A stretch of 64,000 bases of DNA from the human T2T-CHM13v2.0 reference genome, Homo sapiens. The translations under genes were made by a program, and so were the position numbers. The notes under the pieces were generated by a model that had not been told where the DNA came from, made no database searches, and saw only the letters and a program-made list of their open reading frames with translations. This document shows positions 30,072-43,195 of the stretch, in pieces (the first letter of the stretch is position 1; each line of letters starts with the position of its first letter). Location: the NCBI RefSeq assembly GCF_009914755.1, contig NC_060932.1; one strand, 5' to 3'.

Positions 30072-31554
30072 TTATGTTTGTATTTTTTATTTTTTAAGTT
30101 GAATTTCAGTTGTAAAAATTGAATTAAAAATATGGACCAACTTTATTTATTTGGTTATTTAATTATTCCATCAGTTACTTAGAAGTATATTAGGATAAAT
30201 GGGTGTGTTTGGTTTCCAAATTTTTTTTTTTGGTTTGCCTTAGTTAACATTTACTGTATTATATGTAACTTATATTTCCAAGCTAACTACATGTTGATCA
30301 CAGAAGTACTCTGTATGACATCAATTTGTTATCTGTCAAAATGTTTTTTAGCATTAAATATTGTCAATTTTTACAATTATTACAGTTTAAAGAGTCTGAA
30401 TCATTCTTTATTCTTCCTCTTTCTTTCTCTCTCTTTTGCAGAGTTCTACATATACCTATTAGAATAATGCTATTAATTGTATTGTTTAAATTGTAACTTT
30501 ATATGTTTTTAATAATCACAGATAACTGTGAAAGTCCATAAAATTCTAGTGTGCTATTTATTGTTAAAAGAGGTCTATGCATGCCTATTCCAGAGTAGAC
30601 AAAACTAATAATTATTTTTTTCATATCACAGTGACTTTAGTTTGCAAAGGAATGCTGCTGATTTATATGTCATTATATTCCCAGTTGGTTATATTACAAG
30701 TCAGCCAATAACATTTAGAATCAATATATATTTGGTCACAACATCTCAAAAGGTATGCAAGCTCTCTCGGTATGCAATCACACTAAACGAAAACATGTTT
30801 TCTCATTTTTTAAAAAAAGTCTTTGAAAACTGGTGTTACAAGGAAGAAAAGGAAATTATCAGAGCTTTCTGGATCAAAGAAAAATCCAAATAAATGTTTC
30901 CTTTCTATTTTAATTTAGGAAGTGGAAGTGTAGAAAGAGCTCTTGAAAGGAGCCAGCTATGTAAAAATCTTATTTGACTCCTAAGTAATAATGTGAACTT
31001 GGAAATACCTCTTTACCTCAGTCTCAGTTTCCTTGCTCATAATATGAGGAAGTCATTTCTTCTGTAGCCTAATATGACTCTCTTCCAATTGAAAAGTGTA
31101 TATGTCCATGATGGAAACTATGGATGACTGTGGCTAATAAAAATGTTATAGAGTACACAGGTCAAAGAAAGATTTTCAAAGTACATGACGGCAAAATACT
31201 CATGGTGTTTCAGTTGTAGATATTTGAGGACAGAAGGTGTTCTTTGATATAGTACATGGAAACATATTGCTTCACTGTTAAATAAATAGAAGAGGACTAT
31301 ACTTATTCCCACACATGCAGGCAATCAAAACAAGATAATCTATGTGTTATCTGGGGCTACCATGACTCCACCACCAGCCTTTCCTGCTGTCTCCTGGATG
31401 CTCATAATTCTGGGACACAGTGCTCCAGAGTTCAAGAGAATCTGCCATCAGATAGACATCGACTTGAACTTCAGTCTACTACTTATTCTACTAGACACAC
31501 AACTTTGGGAAACATGTTCAACTTCATTAAGTTTCTCCTAAACATGTCTACAAG

Positions 31555-31626
31555 TGTGTTTGTGTGTGTGTGTGTGTGTACACATAGACACATGTGTGTG
31601 TGTGTGTATATATATATATATACATA
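31555..31626. repeat. (TG)n/(TA)n compound microsatellite
   Basis: Directly visible. Confidence 0.9.
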
Positions 31627-31719
31627 CACTTGTCTCAGTATGCAATTATACTAAAACATTTTTTCTCATTTTCTAAAAAACGTCTTTGAAAGCTGGTGTT
31701 AGAAGGAAGATCTGTATAA

Positions 31720-31900
31720 ACATATACATATATACACACACGTATATATGTGTGTACACATACATGTATATATGTGTACACATACATGTATATATGTGTG
31801 CACATACATGTATATATGTGTGCACATACATGTATATAAGTATGTATATGTGTGTATATGTATATACTTGTATATATATGTTTGTGTATACACACACAAA
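31720..31900. repeat. Alternating purine-pyrimidine tract with a 22-bp minisatellite
   Basis: CACATACATGTATATATGTGT(A/G) units start at 31757, 31779, 31801 and (partial) 31823. Confidence 0.9.
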
Positions 31901-32574
31901 CAGTACATACACCTAATTCCTGATTGATTTAATGAAAAGTGTTTTAAAAGAATAGCTGTGTTATGTTTTATTGAGGCATATAGATAAATAGTAATTGGTA
32001 GTTATAATCTAGCAACAGAAACAGATTAACAAACAGAAAGCAGTTTCAATGAAAACGACAATAATAATATCAACTATGTTGAAATAGCAATGCCTTCTTA
32101 AGTCACTATTGAAGTGCATAATAATTTCCCTTTTTAAGGCATTTGCAGACATCGTGACATTAATTCTTTTATTTAGAAGGATCACATTCTAACTATTCTA
32201 TTTGCTTTCTTGTGTTATTTGATATGATATATGGATAACTATCAATAAAGCTATTATGTGGTTGACCATGAACTTTAAATATATTGCTCATGAATGTTGT
32301 CAGCTTAATATTCTATGCTAAAAATTCAGCCTAAAAGATTGCTCAAGAACATCCCTGAATTTACACAAAATTCCATAATGCCCAGGTGGTCCAAGACCAG
32401 GCAAGACCAAGAGGTTGGTTAGAAATAAAATGAGGGCATGGAAAACTGTTTTCTACCACCGTATCTAAGAGATGGGTAGCATTTTTTTTAAGGGTGAATC
32501 TTTTCCTTCTGTGTAAATTTGTAATTGAAGATAGAAAAAGCTAACACATATGCTTTGTAGAATTTAAGCAAATA

Positions 32575-32752
32575 TGATTTTATTTTAAAAAATGTGGAAG
32601 GCAAAAGGAGACATGAAAGGGTGTCTGCAGTTCTGGTAATGTTCTCTTTGTTATCAGGGCCAGAGTATATGGGTGTGTTGACTTTGGGAAAATTCATAGA
32701 GCTGTATATTTATGATCTGTGTGCTTTCCTATGAATATTAGGCTCAATAAAA
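32575..32752 (+). mobile_element. L1ME-type 3' end fragment
   Basis: CTGGTAATGTTCT...GAAAATTCATAGAGCTGTA...TCAATAAAA. Confidence 0.7.
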
Positions 32753-34334
32753 CATTACAGTGAAAATTTCAGAGACATAAATAATTCATTAATCCAACCT
32801 TTCAAATACAATGTTTTTTCTAATATGTATGTTGCATAAAATAGGTAGGATGTTTTAATAGGTAGGTTTTTTTAACTATAATATCTTGCCAAATAAATAT
32901 AATCTTGCATATATTCATAATTCAATTACCATGAATTTAAAAATATTTCTATATATTTTTAATAGTTTGATCATTCCTTTTATTTTTATTGTATTATGTT
33001 GAAATGCTTAATCTGTTTTTCTCAGTTGATTTTTTATATACTGAAGCATAGTAGAACCTAAAACATGAATTATTGGTAAGTAAATGTAGCCTATTTATGA
33101 AAAGAACACTTTATTCCATTACAGGAATAATGTAGTATTAATGTACTCAGGTTTTGAAATGTGAATTAATATGCCAAAGTATAGGCTCTCACATTAATGA
33201 TCGTTAAACACAAATGACACAGAGTAGGTTTAGGCAGAGATGACAAATTCAAGCACCTACAGAGAGTCATATGTGAGTAAAATGGAGGCTGTTGTCAACT
33301 GGAAAGAAAAAAAACCATCTAAGCGCACTGAAATTCACATTTTATTAAAATCCCAGAGAAGCCAAACATACAGATCTGTGAGTACACCTTGTCGGCTGGT
33401 GTCTTTTTGTGAGGTATTTTAGGTGAACTTTTCTGACCCATTGACATGGGTCCAGGAAGCATGAGGTTGAAATATCTGAGCACTTCTGTGAACTGACATC
33501 CTTGCCTAGGCTGATTGTTCTTAACATTTTAGTACATGGTTTGATTTGAAAGGGAGGATAGCCTTAACACCTCAGGTTTTTAGTTGATTCTCAGCTAATC
33601 TGAATTAACTGCAAAAGGTGAATGTGCTTGCAGATGGGGACGAAGGAAGGGGTTCCCTCAGGGAGCTGCTTTCTATTTTTCTGCTATAGGAAGAAGCAGC
33701 ATAGTTGGGGGTGGTTGGAGCAAGTGGAGGAAACTTCAAAGAAGAAAGAGGAGTCTTTCAATCTTGGAAGAAAGAAGAAATTATGGAGCTAGGGATGATC
33801 CAGGAAAAAAAAATGTGTTAAATTAAATCAACTGAAAATAAATGGGTCCTCTCTAAGAATATTTATGAAAAATTAAAGGTCAACAGTTTGGAGGGGAGAA
33901 GGTGAGGAAAATATGTTTTTAGCCTCGCTTAGAAATATTGTGGAAGCTACTTTAAAAATGACTACAGCCTTAGTCAATAATTCCTAAAATAGTATAATTG
34001 TGTTCTATTTGGAAATAGGGCAAATGAAAGGAGTTACTAACAGCATTGCAGTAAGGCTGAATATATAAATAAATTGAAAAGGGCTTTAGATTTTTTTTTC
34101 ATGATCCGTGATTCTCACTATGTCATTGTAAATTGGTATTTTGTAATTGATTTTTTCCTGAACAACTGTGTCCTTCCTTAAAGAAATTCCTGATGCTGAT
34201 AAATTAATCATTACCTGAATAGATTCTATGGATTTATATTTTACAAAATCTTTTAGAATTTTGAGCTTAGCCATTTTATTCATGTCATTAAGGATTCTTT
34301 TATCTCTTTGCAAAAATTATTTTGGTAATTCATA

Positions 34335-34750
34335 ATGTGTCACTCAAGATGGGCTAAACACTACAGTATTACCAAATCAATTTTTAAGCCAAACAAAGGT
34401 TTATTTTTCATGCTACATGTTAATCGCAGACTGAATGAGGTCCCTCCTTAACATAGTTGCTCAGGAATTCAGGCTGCCAAAGAGTTCCCCACCTGAAAAG
34501 ATGTTACTCCTAGCAGCAAGGAGAGGAGACAGAGCATTCCCGATCTGAAAAGATGTTATTCCTAGCAGCAAGAAAAGGAGAGAAACTGAAAACTATTGGA
34601 TGGCCTTTTTATGATCGCACTTTGGAGCGGAAGTGTATCATTTCTGCTCAAATTTTGCTGGGCCAGCTTTGTCACATAGTCCCAACTAATTTTGAAGAAG
34701 TCAGAAACAAACAGAGGGAAGCGTACAGAATATTTGGAGAGCATGTCTTC
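34335..34750 (-). mobile_element. Old MaLR LTR (MLT1K/L-like)
   Basis: AAACAAAGGTTTATTTTTC...CTCAGGAATTCAGGCTG...CATTTCTGCTCA resembles antisense MLT1. Confidence 0.6.
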
Positions 34751-35533
34751 CTTGATAAGGTGGAAAGAGCACAGAACTTTGTGATCAAGGGACTCGGATA
34801 CTGATTTAATCTCTGCAGGAGCTTGAGCAAGTTACTTTCTCTCCCAGGACCCTCACTTGCATCACCTGCAAAAGAAACTGCTCCCTCTCCCTGCTTTTTA
34901 GCAACATCTTCAGAACTACGATAATGCAACAGATAAAAATAAAGTATCTACCTTAACCTGTCCCTCCAATTCCAATACATCAGAGCCACCTCTACAGATG
35001 GTCCTGAAACAACTCTTGTCTAAAATTAAAGATTCAAAATGATATAATTTCCTGTGAAATAGTTAGATTGCAATCTCTCATCAAAGACACAAGTTTACTC
35101 AAGACATCTGTCCAAAAATGGGCCTTTCTTAGATCATCCTAATATTTTTCTTTGAATGGGTTACAGGTGTAGGAAAGATGGTTAGCCCCTCAGTGCTTGA
35201 GCATCTAGACAAAGCCTTAGGCACCTGAAATATTTTCATCTGTCATTTGCGAACTAACCTGACCTATTATACTAGGATTCCAAATAAATACTAATATTTT
35301 TCTGTAGTTATACATTAAAAGGTTAAAAACCATTAACCAAAATGATGACCTGAATATTTTCTTACTTACTTTCCAGTTATATAAATCTAATTATATTCCC
35401 AATCTACACGACAGTTCTCTCCTTTCACTCACTTGATACTAAACTGTGTTTTGGAATTGAAGACTGTGTCTGCAGGATACTGCATTTCTCTCTGGTTTTT
35501 ACAGCATCTCTCCAACCTTGACACACCGCTTAC

Positions 35534-35672
35534 CTGCTTTTCCAGATCATTAATGAGAGTGTTAAATAAGGCTGGGCCCAGTACCAATCCTTGAGGCACC
35601 CTGCTAGACACCTGTTCTAATTTGATATTCCACCATTTATCATTACTTATGTTTGCTGCGCTTTAGCCAATC
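35534..35672 (-). mobile_element. Ancient CR1/L3-clade LINE reverse-transcriptase fragment
   Basis: Minus strand reads WLK...VMING...VSSRVPQGLVLGPALFNTLINDLE, matching the RT motif B region (SGVPQGSVLGPxLFNIFINDL) of CR1-clade LINEs. Confidence 0.85.
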
Positions 35673-36224
35673 TGTTCTTGGCCTAACAACAGAAGCACAG
35701 TGACTCTTGGTAACGCGGGCTGTGTGAATGTATTTACATTCCTGAGGCCAAAAGCCACTGATTCTCAATTCAACAGGGGATTTCTTTATGTCAGTTGCTG
35801 GGAAATGTTTTCAGTAGAAACAATCATTACAAAGTCTTAAAAATAATAATTTGCAAAAATTAAGAGTTGTGGAATAAAAGCTGCTGAGTAATCATCTATA
35901 AATTAATAGCTGAAATTAAATTTCCAATAAGTTGCTATTCATTAAGGTAGAGTAAGATGCCCAGCACGTGAGACTTGAAATAAAGCAGCTGAAACCATTA
36001 CTGCCTTCCTTGGTAAATCTATTCTTCCCTTTAGGCCCTCTACCTTGATTAACGTCATCTAGGGACATTCACACATTGCCCCCATCATTTTTACTGCCTC
36101 CCCCACACCTCCCCTCCCACCTGATCATCAGCTGACAGACCTTTTAATCTCAGAGGGGTCCATTGCACTGCCTAAAAACAAAAAATAATTTGTAACCAGA
36201 CAAATCTATTTGAGCCAATGAACT

Positions 36225-36350
36225 CTACAATCTTGAGTGAATCACTTATGCTGAATTCTGAAATTCAATATTCTCATCTGTAAAACAGAGGGAAATAATG
36301 TTTCTATCATAAGATTATTGGGAGAATATTTAAAGATAGGAACCATTATT
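36225..36350 (+). mobile_element. MIR fragment
   Basis: MIR core TTCTCATCTGTAAAACAGAGGGAAATAAT. Confidence 0.65.
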
Positions 36351-36420
36351 AAATCCTCAATACTCTGCTTCCAAAATGTAGGTGTTATGTTACATTTTAT
36401 TTCCCTGTCCCATACAATAA

Positions 36421-36828
<408 letters not shown>

Positions 36829-37747
36829 TAAAAATATCTTATGGCTACTACTTTCATGGAAAACAATATTCACAGTCCAGAATGTCATCTTGTATTAACC
36901 CACTTGTCCAGCTTTAAATTAGAATATCATTCTGTATTTTCTGAGACTATATAAACCTTTGCATATATACTCAAAGAATTTATAGTTATTTTCTTCTTTA
37001 AAAATAATTATGCCCTCCTCAACTTCTAAAGCCCTAAATTTAAATACCTGTAGCTCTTACAATTTGCCAGACACAAATTTTGTCACTGATAATGCAGCAG
37101 GCAATAAAACAGGCCTTCTCTGCAATCATGGAGCTTTCTCTCCTTGGAGACAGAGAAAATAAGCAGTAAATATGTGCACCAGTCAAGGCTGGGTGCTTTT
37201 AAGATACAGTGGGTGATCAGGAAGGCCATTTTGAATAGGTGACATTTGCACAAAGATCACAATGAAGAAATGATCCATGAAAAGGTCTGAGAAAGGTGTA
37301 CCAGGCAAAGGGAATCGCAAATGAGATATTCTACGAGAAAACATTCTTAGTGTTTCCAAGGAATCGTATAATTAAACGAACGATGTGTAGAAAGGTCCAC
37401 TTAAGATCTGTACTCCTCCTTCCAGAGTGTAGAGTTGCTTGTAGGAATTGGCTGCTCATATAGGGACTACATTTCCCAACTCCCGTTGCATCAGGTGTGT
37501 CCATGTGGCAAGTTTCTATATGTACAATGGAGGCAAAACTGGTAAGTGACATTGCTGGACCAAAGCAGTGAAGAAAGTGGTAGGCCTACTCCACCCTCTC
37601 TTCCCTCATTTGGATGTAGAAGGGTCTTCATTCTTGTACTGTCAATACAGAAATATTTTTATTTATGAACTTATTTATATATTTTTTAAATTTCTGTATA
37701 TTACAATGGGATGGGTTTTTTTGTGAAGAATCGTACTTAGATTTACG

Positions 37748-38262
37748 TTTTTTAACTTTTCATTTTGAGTAATTATAGACACATAATAGTCATAATATAT
37801 TTAGGGAGTGCATGTGATATTTTGATACAATGTATAATAATCAAATCATAATAACTGGGATATCCATCACCTCAAGCATTTACTGTTTCCTTGTGTTAGA
37901 AACATTCCAATTCCACTCTTTTAGTTATTTCGAATTATACAATAAATTATGTAGTTAGATATACACAATGTAATATTATTCAGCCATAAAAAAAAGAACA
38001 AAATCCTATCATTTGCCACGACGTGGACAGAAATGGAGTACATTGTATTAAGTGAAATAATCCAGGCACAGAAAGTTAAATCTCATGTTCTCACTCATAT
38101 GCGGGATAGAGAGAGTAGAAAGATGGTTACCAGAAGCTAGGAAGGGTAGTGGGAAGGGAGCAAAAAGAGGGCATGGTTAATGGGTACAAAGATAGGTAGA
38201 TAGAATGAATAGGGTCTAGTGTTCAGTAGTAGCACAATAGGATGACTATAGTTGACAATAAT
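37748..38262 (-). mobile_element. L1MA2-4-like 3' fragment with 5' inversion
   Basis: 37748-37950 is the antisense extreme 3' end; 37951-38262 is the immediately upstream L1 sequence in sense orientation. Confidence 0.85.
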
Positions 38263-38805
38263 GTATATTTTGATGTTTGGTATCTTAAAAAAACAACCCT
38301 CTCTGGCTATTGAGAGACTGCCCCTCCTATACCTAGTCAGTTCTCAGAGATAGCAGAAGACTCACCTTAGAGCATGCCATTGATATGCAAACTAACCAAT
38401 CTGGAGGCATGCCTCCTTTATCTGGCTCATGTACCCCAGAAGACAATATTCCTCTGCCTTCATCATCCCAGGAGCAGGTACCATACAACTAGGTAGCAGC
38501 ACCCCAATAGTGTAGAACCTGTTGGAATTACTCAGACTAGGCAATCTGAAGCTGTTTACCTCCCCTGCCTTGCTTTTCCCTTAGAATTCCCAGTGAAGGC
38601 TCTAGCCTCTGATTTTCCCTGGCTACTTTTGCCTTCCTTTTCTGCTACCTGGACCAAAACTGGACCCTTTCCCTGTGACACGGCTTGGTGTGCCATGACT
38701 CCTCTCTAAGACCCTGGAGTATAAAATCTTTGTTTTCTTGTGCCTCCCTTGTATCTTTTCGTGGAGCTGCATCTGACTGATCATCACATAAAAGAACACA
38801 AAACA
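38263..38805 (+). mobile_element. ERVL LTR, MER74-like (5' part probably 37636-37747)
   Basis: GAGAGACTGCCCCTCC...ATATGCAAACTAACCAATC...ATAAAAGAACACAAAACA terminus. Confidence 0.75.
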
Positions 38806-38849
38806 GTTCCTCCGGACTGATGCCAGAGCATTACATCAATTAAGAGAGT

Positions 38850-39475
38850 CAGCATAGCGGGAACAGGGTAACCAAAGTGGTTAGAAGTAGGAGACTCAGA
38901 AAGGTGACCAGGAAGCAGGTGGACCAAGCATGGCTATGTTGGACAAGGTAGGACTTCAGGTGATCTCCTCAGTATGAAAGAAAGACCTGGAGGGTCTTGA
39001 GAAAGTATCTGACTTAGTTTTAAAAGAATAATGCTGGCAAGAATAGACTTTCAGGTGGTTGGGAGAAGACTGAATTCAGGAAGATCGAAAAGACTGATGT
39101 AACACTCCAGCTGAGAATTGATGGTTGCTTAAACTAGTATGATATTGATAGTGAAATAGCGGGGTGATATATTTTGAAAGTAGAGATAAAATATTTGATA
39201 TGGGGTATAGAAAGAGGGAGAAAGAGAGAGAAAAAAATATGAATGATCACTCAAAGTGTTTACGCAATGAGTAGCCAGGTAAAGAGAGGTGCAATTTACT
39301 GAGATGATGCACGCTTGCAGAGGACCCATTGTGTGGGCATACATGAGAACCTGTGTTAGGAAATACTCATGTTAAGATGTCTATTAGACTCTGTAGTATA
39401 GATGTCAAGTATGCAGTTGGATTTATGTCTGGAGTTCAGGAGAAAAGTTAAATAGAGATTTAAATTTGAGAGTTA
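38850..39475 (-). mobile_element. L2 remnant
   Basis: GTTAAGATGTCTATTAGAC...GATGTCAAGTATGCAGTTGGAT...GTCTGGAGTTCAGGAGA is typical antisense L2. Confidence 0.75.
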
Positions 39476-41724
39476 TTATTGTTTTTATGTAATTATAACC
39501 AAAGCACTAACATTTGTTTTACAATAAGTTTCTTTTATTCATCTACATTATGTAGTGCAATAAACACTTTTTTTCCACCATCCAATGTTCTAATGAAAGC
39601 CTTGAACACTCTTCCTCCCTGATATACTGTAGTTTCTACTCTTTTTAAGGCCTTTTTTGTTAAATTGTCCTTTGAGATCGTCCAATCACATTTTGAAAGT
39701 TATCTTTTGGCTTAAGTTCTCTCAATTAGTTACGTATTTCTTGTAAACAAAAATAATTTTATTTGGACACAAACATTTAGTTATTTATGTATCTATTACT
39801 TCATCTAGCCTGTCTTATTTACTTTCATTGACCCACTTGACAAGGATTGAAAAGGATCAATGTCATTTTAAATCAGTAGAAATGATATTAACATTTTCTA
39901 TATTTATATTGCAAGATGTATATTCTAATTTGTAGTATTATGTAATCAACTTGTTTTTTACTTTTATATTTTGTGCCTTTTTTTTTACACCACTTTACAC
40001 TACACCAGTAATGCGGAGAAACCAAACAACACCCTTAGTCGTAACATTTAAATTAATAAAACACTGTTACAAATGAACACACCTTAAAGAAAGTAAATGT
40101 TCAATAAAATATTGTTAATATGATTTGAATGTAATTATCTGCTTAAAAGTCAAGGAAAGACAATTCCTGCTTAAGGGATTTTTAAATACAAGAGAGATGA
40201 GTGTTAATCAGGGTTGCCAGTGAAGTCTCCTTGCCACCTATTATATTGCAAGGGATTGGTATTAGAACAATATTAAAATTCTAAACATATTTATTCACAT
40301 AAGATTATAGTGTGGTTTCAAATAATCAATAACTGAATCAATAATCAAATGTGAATTCACATTGATTTATTTGAATATGAATTAATCACGTTTCAGTTGT
40401 AATAATACAATGTTGCGGAAAACAATATATCAATGTTCCGTGGCCAGGAAAAGCTGTGATTCACAGTACTTCATCAAATTCTAGAAAATATCATTTCTAG
40501 TGTTGCCAATTAAAAATCTGTACTCAGATAAGTGGGACTAATGGAGGGGGAAATCAGAATCAATGTCAAAGAAACCAAGTCTCATTTCTCCAAAATGAGT
40601 TTCTCTTGCACTCTAACTATCTTAACTTAGAAGTAGAGCATGAAACATCAATTGAGGATATCTAAATAATTTTATCTTGTCAGGAGCTATATTTTATAAG
40701 CCATTTAATCTTCACAGAACTTAGTTTTACCTAAAAAAGAAGGCATTTGATTAGACAGCATCTACTCTTTTTAACTTTATGAGACTTTTTAACCTCTTAT
40801 GAGACTCAAGAAGTGTCAGATTCATTGATGTATAACTTTTGTGTTTTATTTACATAGCAAAATAGCAACTCCCATAATAATATTTATTTTATTTTGGGAC
40901 TCTACTATAGCTTATTACATCAAAGATGTCATCTTAAACTTCCCATTATTACTATGAAGTCAGTCTTACAATTTTAATCCTACAAATAAAGAAATTTTAT
41001 CAATGTGTAAACATTTTGTTTGAAGTCTTGTAGCAATAAAATGGAGAACCAAATCCATGCTAACACTAAGAATAAGCATTTGAGAAGAACAAAAAAAAAT
41101 CAAGTTACAAAACTAGGTTATTTAAGTTTAAATGCTGCATGTCTGAAACATTAAACCCAAAAGATGTTAAAAACAGACTAAATGTTATGGGCTGTATCAA
41201 CCATCAAATGTAAACTAAAGAGCAATCCACCTGGTCCTTCTCTTCTGCTGCATCTACAAGCACTGGCTCCAAAGAAGCTCTCAGGCTAACCTAACATAAG
41301 AGATAAATAGGCAGTTTTAAAAGGCTACTGTCTAGAATTTCATTTATTGGATTTCACCTTGCATTCAGGGAAATGTTGTAATGGGAGGATTCATAGTCAT
41401 GGTATTTAAAGAACTAAAATTCTATCCTTTCTGAGAATCTTACTCTCCACATAATTGCATGATTGGTTAGTAAGGAGTTTCAGACTCTGGAGCAAGAAAT
41501 TTAATAGCTTGGGATAATTTTAAATAGTAGGTTTCCATAAGAAAAAATACATTTTATACCAGATGAGTAATTTATTTCGGCGTTAAACTAAGGAATACTT
41601 GGAATGTTATTATGTCGATGGCCAAGAGTTGTGTTATGAGTGCTATTGGAAGGGACAAGCCCATACTAAATGGAATTACTGTCAGAAAGCACAAGTAATC
41701 AATATGTTTTCTTTAAAACTGACA

Positions 41725-41895
41725 TAAAATCACAGAATATTAAGGGACTTCAGAAATCATTTTATGCAATGTTGTCATCTTACAAGTGAGGAAATTGAGA
41801 CCTGGAAAAATTTTTCCCTATCACATCAAACTGTTAATGAATGAGGACAAGATGAGAACTGAGGCCACCTGACCTGCAGCCCTGTGCTCTTCACA
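41725..41895 (-). mobile_element. MIR
   Basis: CATCTTACAAGTGAGGAAATTGAGACC, the antisense MIR core. Confidence 0.7.
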
Positions 41896-41984
41896 TGGAT
41901 TTGGCTTCCATAATAGAATCACCATCTCAGAGTACTTATTCAGTACAGGACTGAATTATGTGGGTATAAGTATGTGTGGACTTC

Positions 41985-42830
41985 ATTTTTATTCATTTAG
42001 CAAATAGGTGGTGAACATCAGCTTCATCAAATCCTGGGGTAGATTCTAGTAAGACGATGATAAAACAAAACAGAAACTTTAATGATAAATGATAAAACAA
42101 ACATGAAACTTTAGCCAGAACACACATAACTGCACATCAGGATAAATCCTCTGAAGTAAATGGAGTTCGAAGGACCAACAAGAGAGCAGTGATTAGCAAA
42201 TGTTTTCCTGCCTTTCTGATATCGAAACTGACATCTGAAGGATAAGTGAAAGAAAATTAATCAAAGTGGAATAAAGAGATTCAAAGGGCAAAGCAAGCAA
42301 ATGTCATAGGCAGGAGAGAAAAAAAGGAAGGAAGGAAACAAGAAAAAAGAGAAGAAAGGAAGGAAGACAAAACAAGAGAGAGAAACAAGAAAGGATGGAA
42401 AGAAAGGGAAGGGAAGGGACAGGACAGGAAAAGGGAAAAGGAAAGAAGGAAGAAAGGAAGGAAAGGAAGGAAGGAAGGAAAGAAAAGCAAAAATAGGGAG
42501 GGAGAGAGAAAGCAGGGACACACAGAACATAGGGCAGAGTTATTTGAGATGATGTAGAGTGCCAGGCAGGGGAAACAAAACACAGTGCTTATAAGCCTGT
42601 TTAAGAATTGTTTTTATCTTTATGTAAAGAGTAACAGAAACTTTTGAAATGCTTTAAGCCCTGGAAGTTACATGATGAAAATGTACTTGAAAAGATTACC
42701 ATGCTTGGGATTTGTACACTGGATTTTAAAATGCACAGACTAGATAAATGAATGCATTTCAGGAGAGGCTATTATAGCTGTTAAAGTTAGCATTGAAAAC
42801 GGGATGCTCCAGGGGAGACTGAAATTTGTC
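41985..42830 (-). mobile_element. L2 3' remnant interrupted by a GA-rich tract
   Basis: TTATTCATTTAGCAAATA tail and GAAATGCTTTAAGC...GAAAAGATTAC downstream. Confidence 0.6.
42310..42515. repeat. GA-rich low-complexity tract (GGAA/GAAA)
   Basis: Directly visible; explains the F/L/S/P-rich ORFs. Confidence 0.9.
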
Positions 42831-42868
42831 TGGAGCCATGCATTTTTCTCATCTGCCAATGAGATTTA

Positions 42869-43195
<327 letters not shown>

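Noticed and set aside
31757-31838. Regular short repeats as a CRISPR-like array
   Set aside because: Head-to-tail units with no unique spacers, in eukaryotic DNA with no cas genes.
31635-31916. Overlapping ORFs with Y/I/H/V/C/M/T repeats
   Set aside because: Artefacts of alternating purine-pyrimidine repeats; likewise 62385-62800 and the end of 53658-54050.
42057-42113. 25-bp imperfect direct repeat ATGATAAAACAAA..GAAACTTTA
   Set aside because: Ordinary slippage duplication in an L2 remnant.
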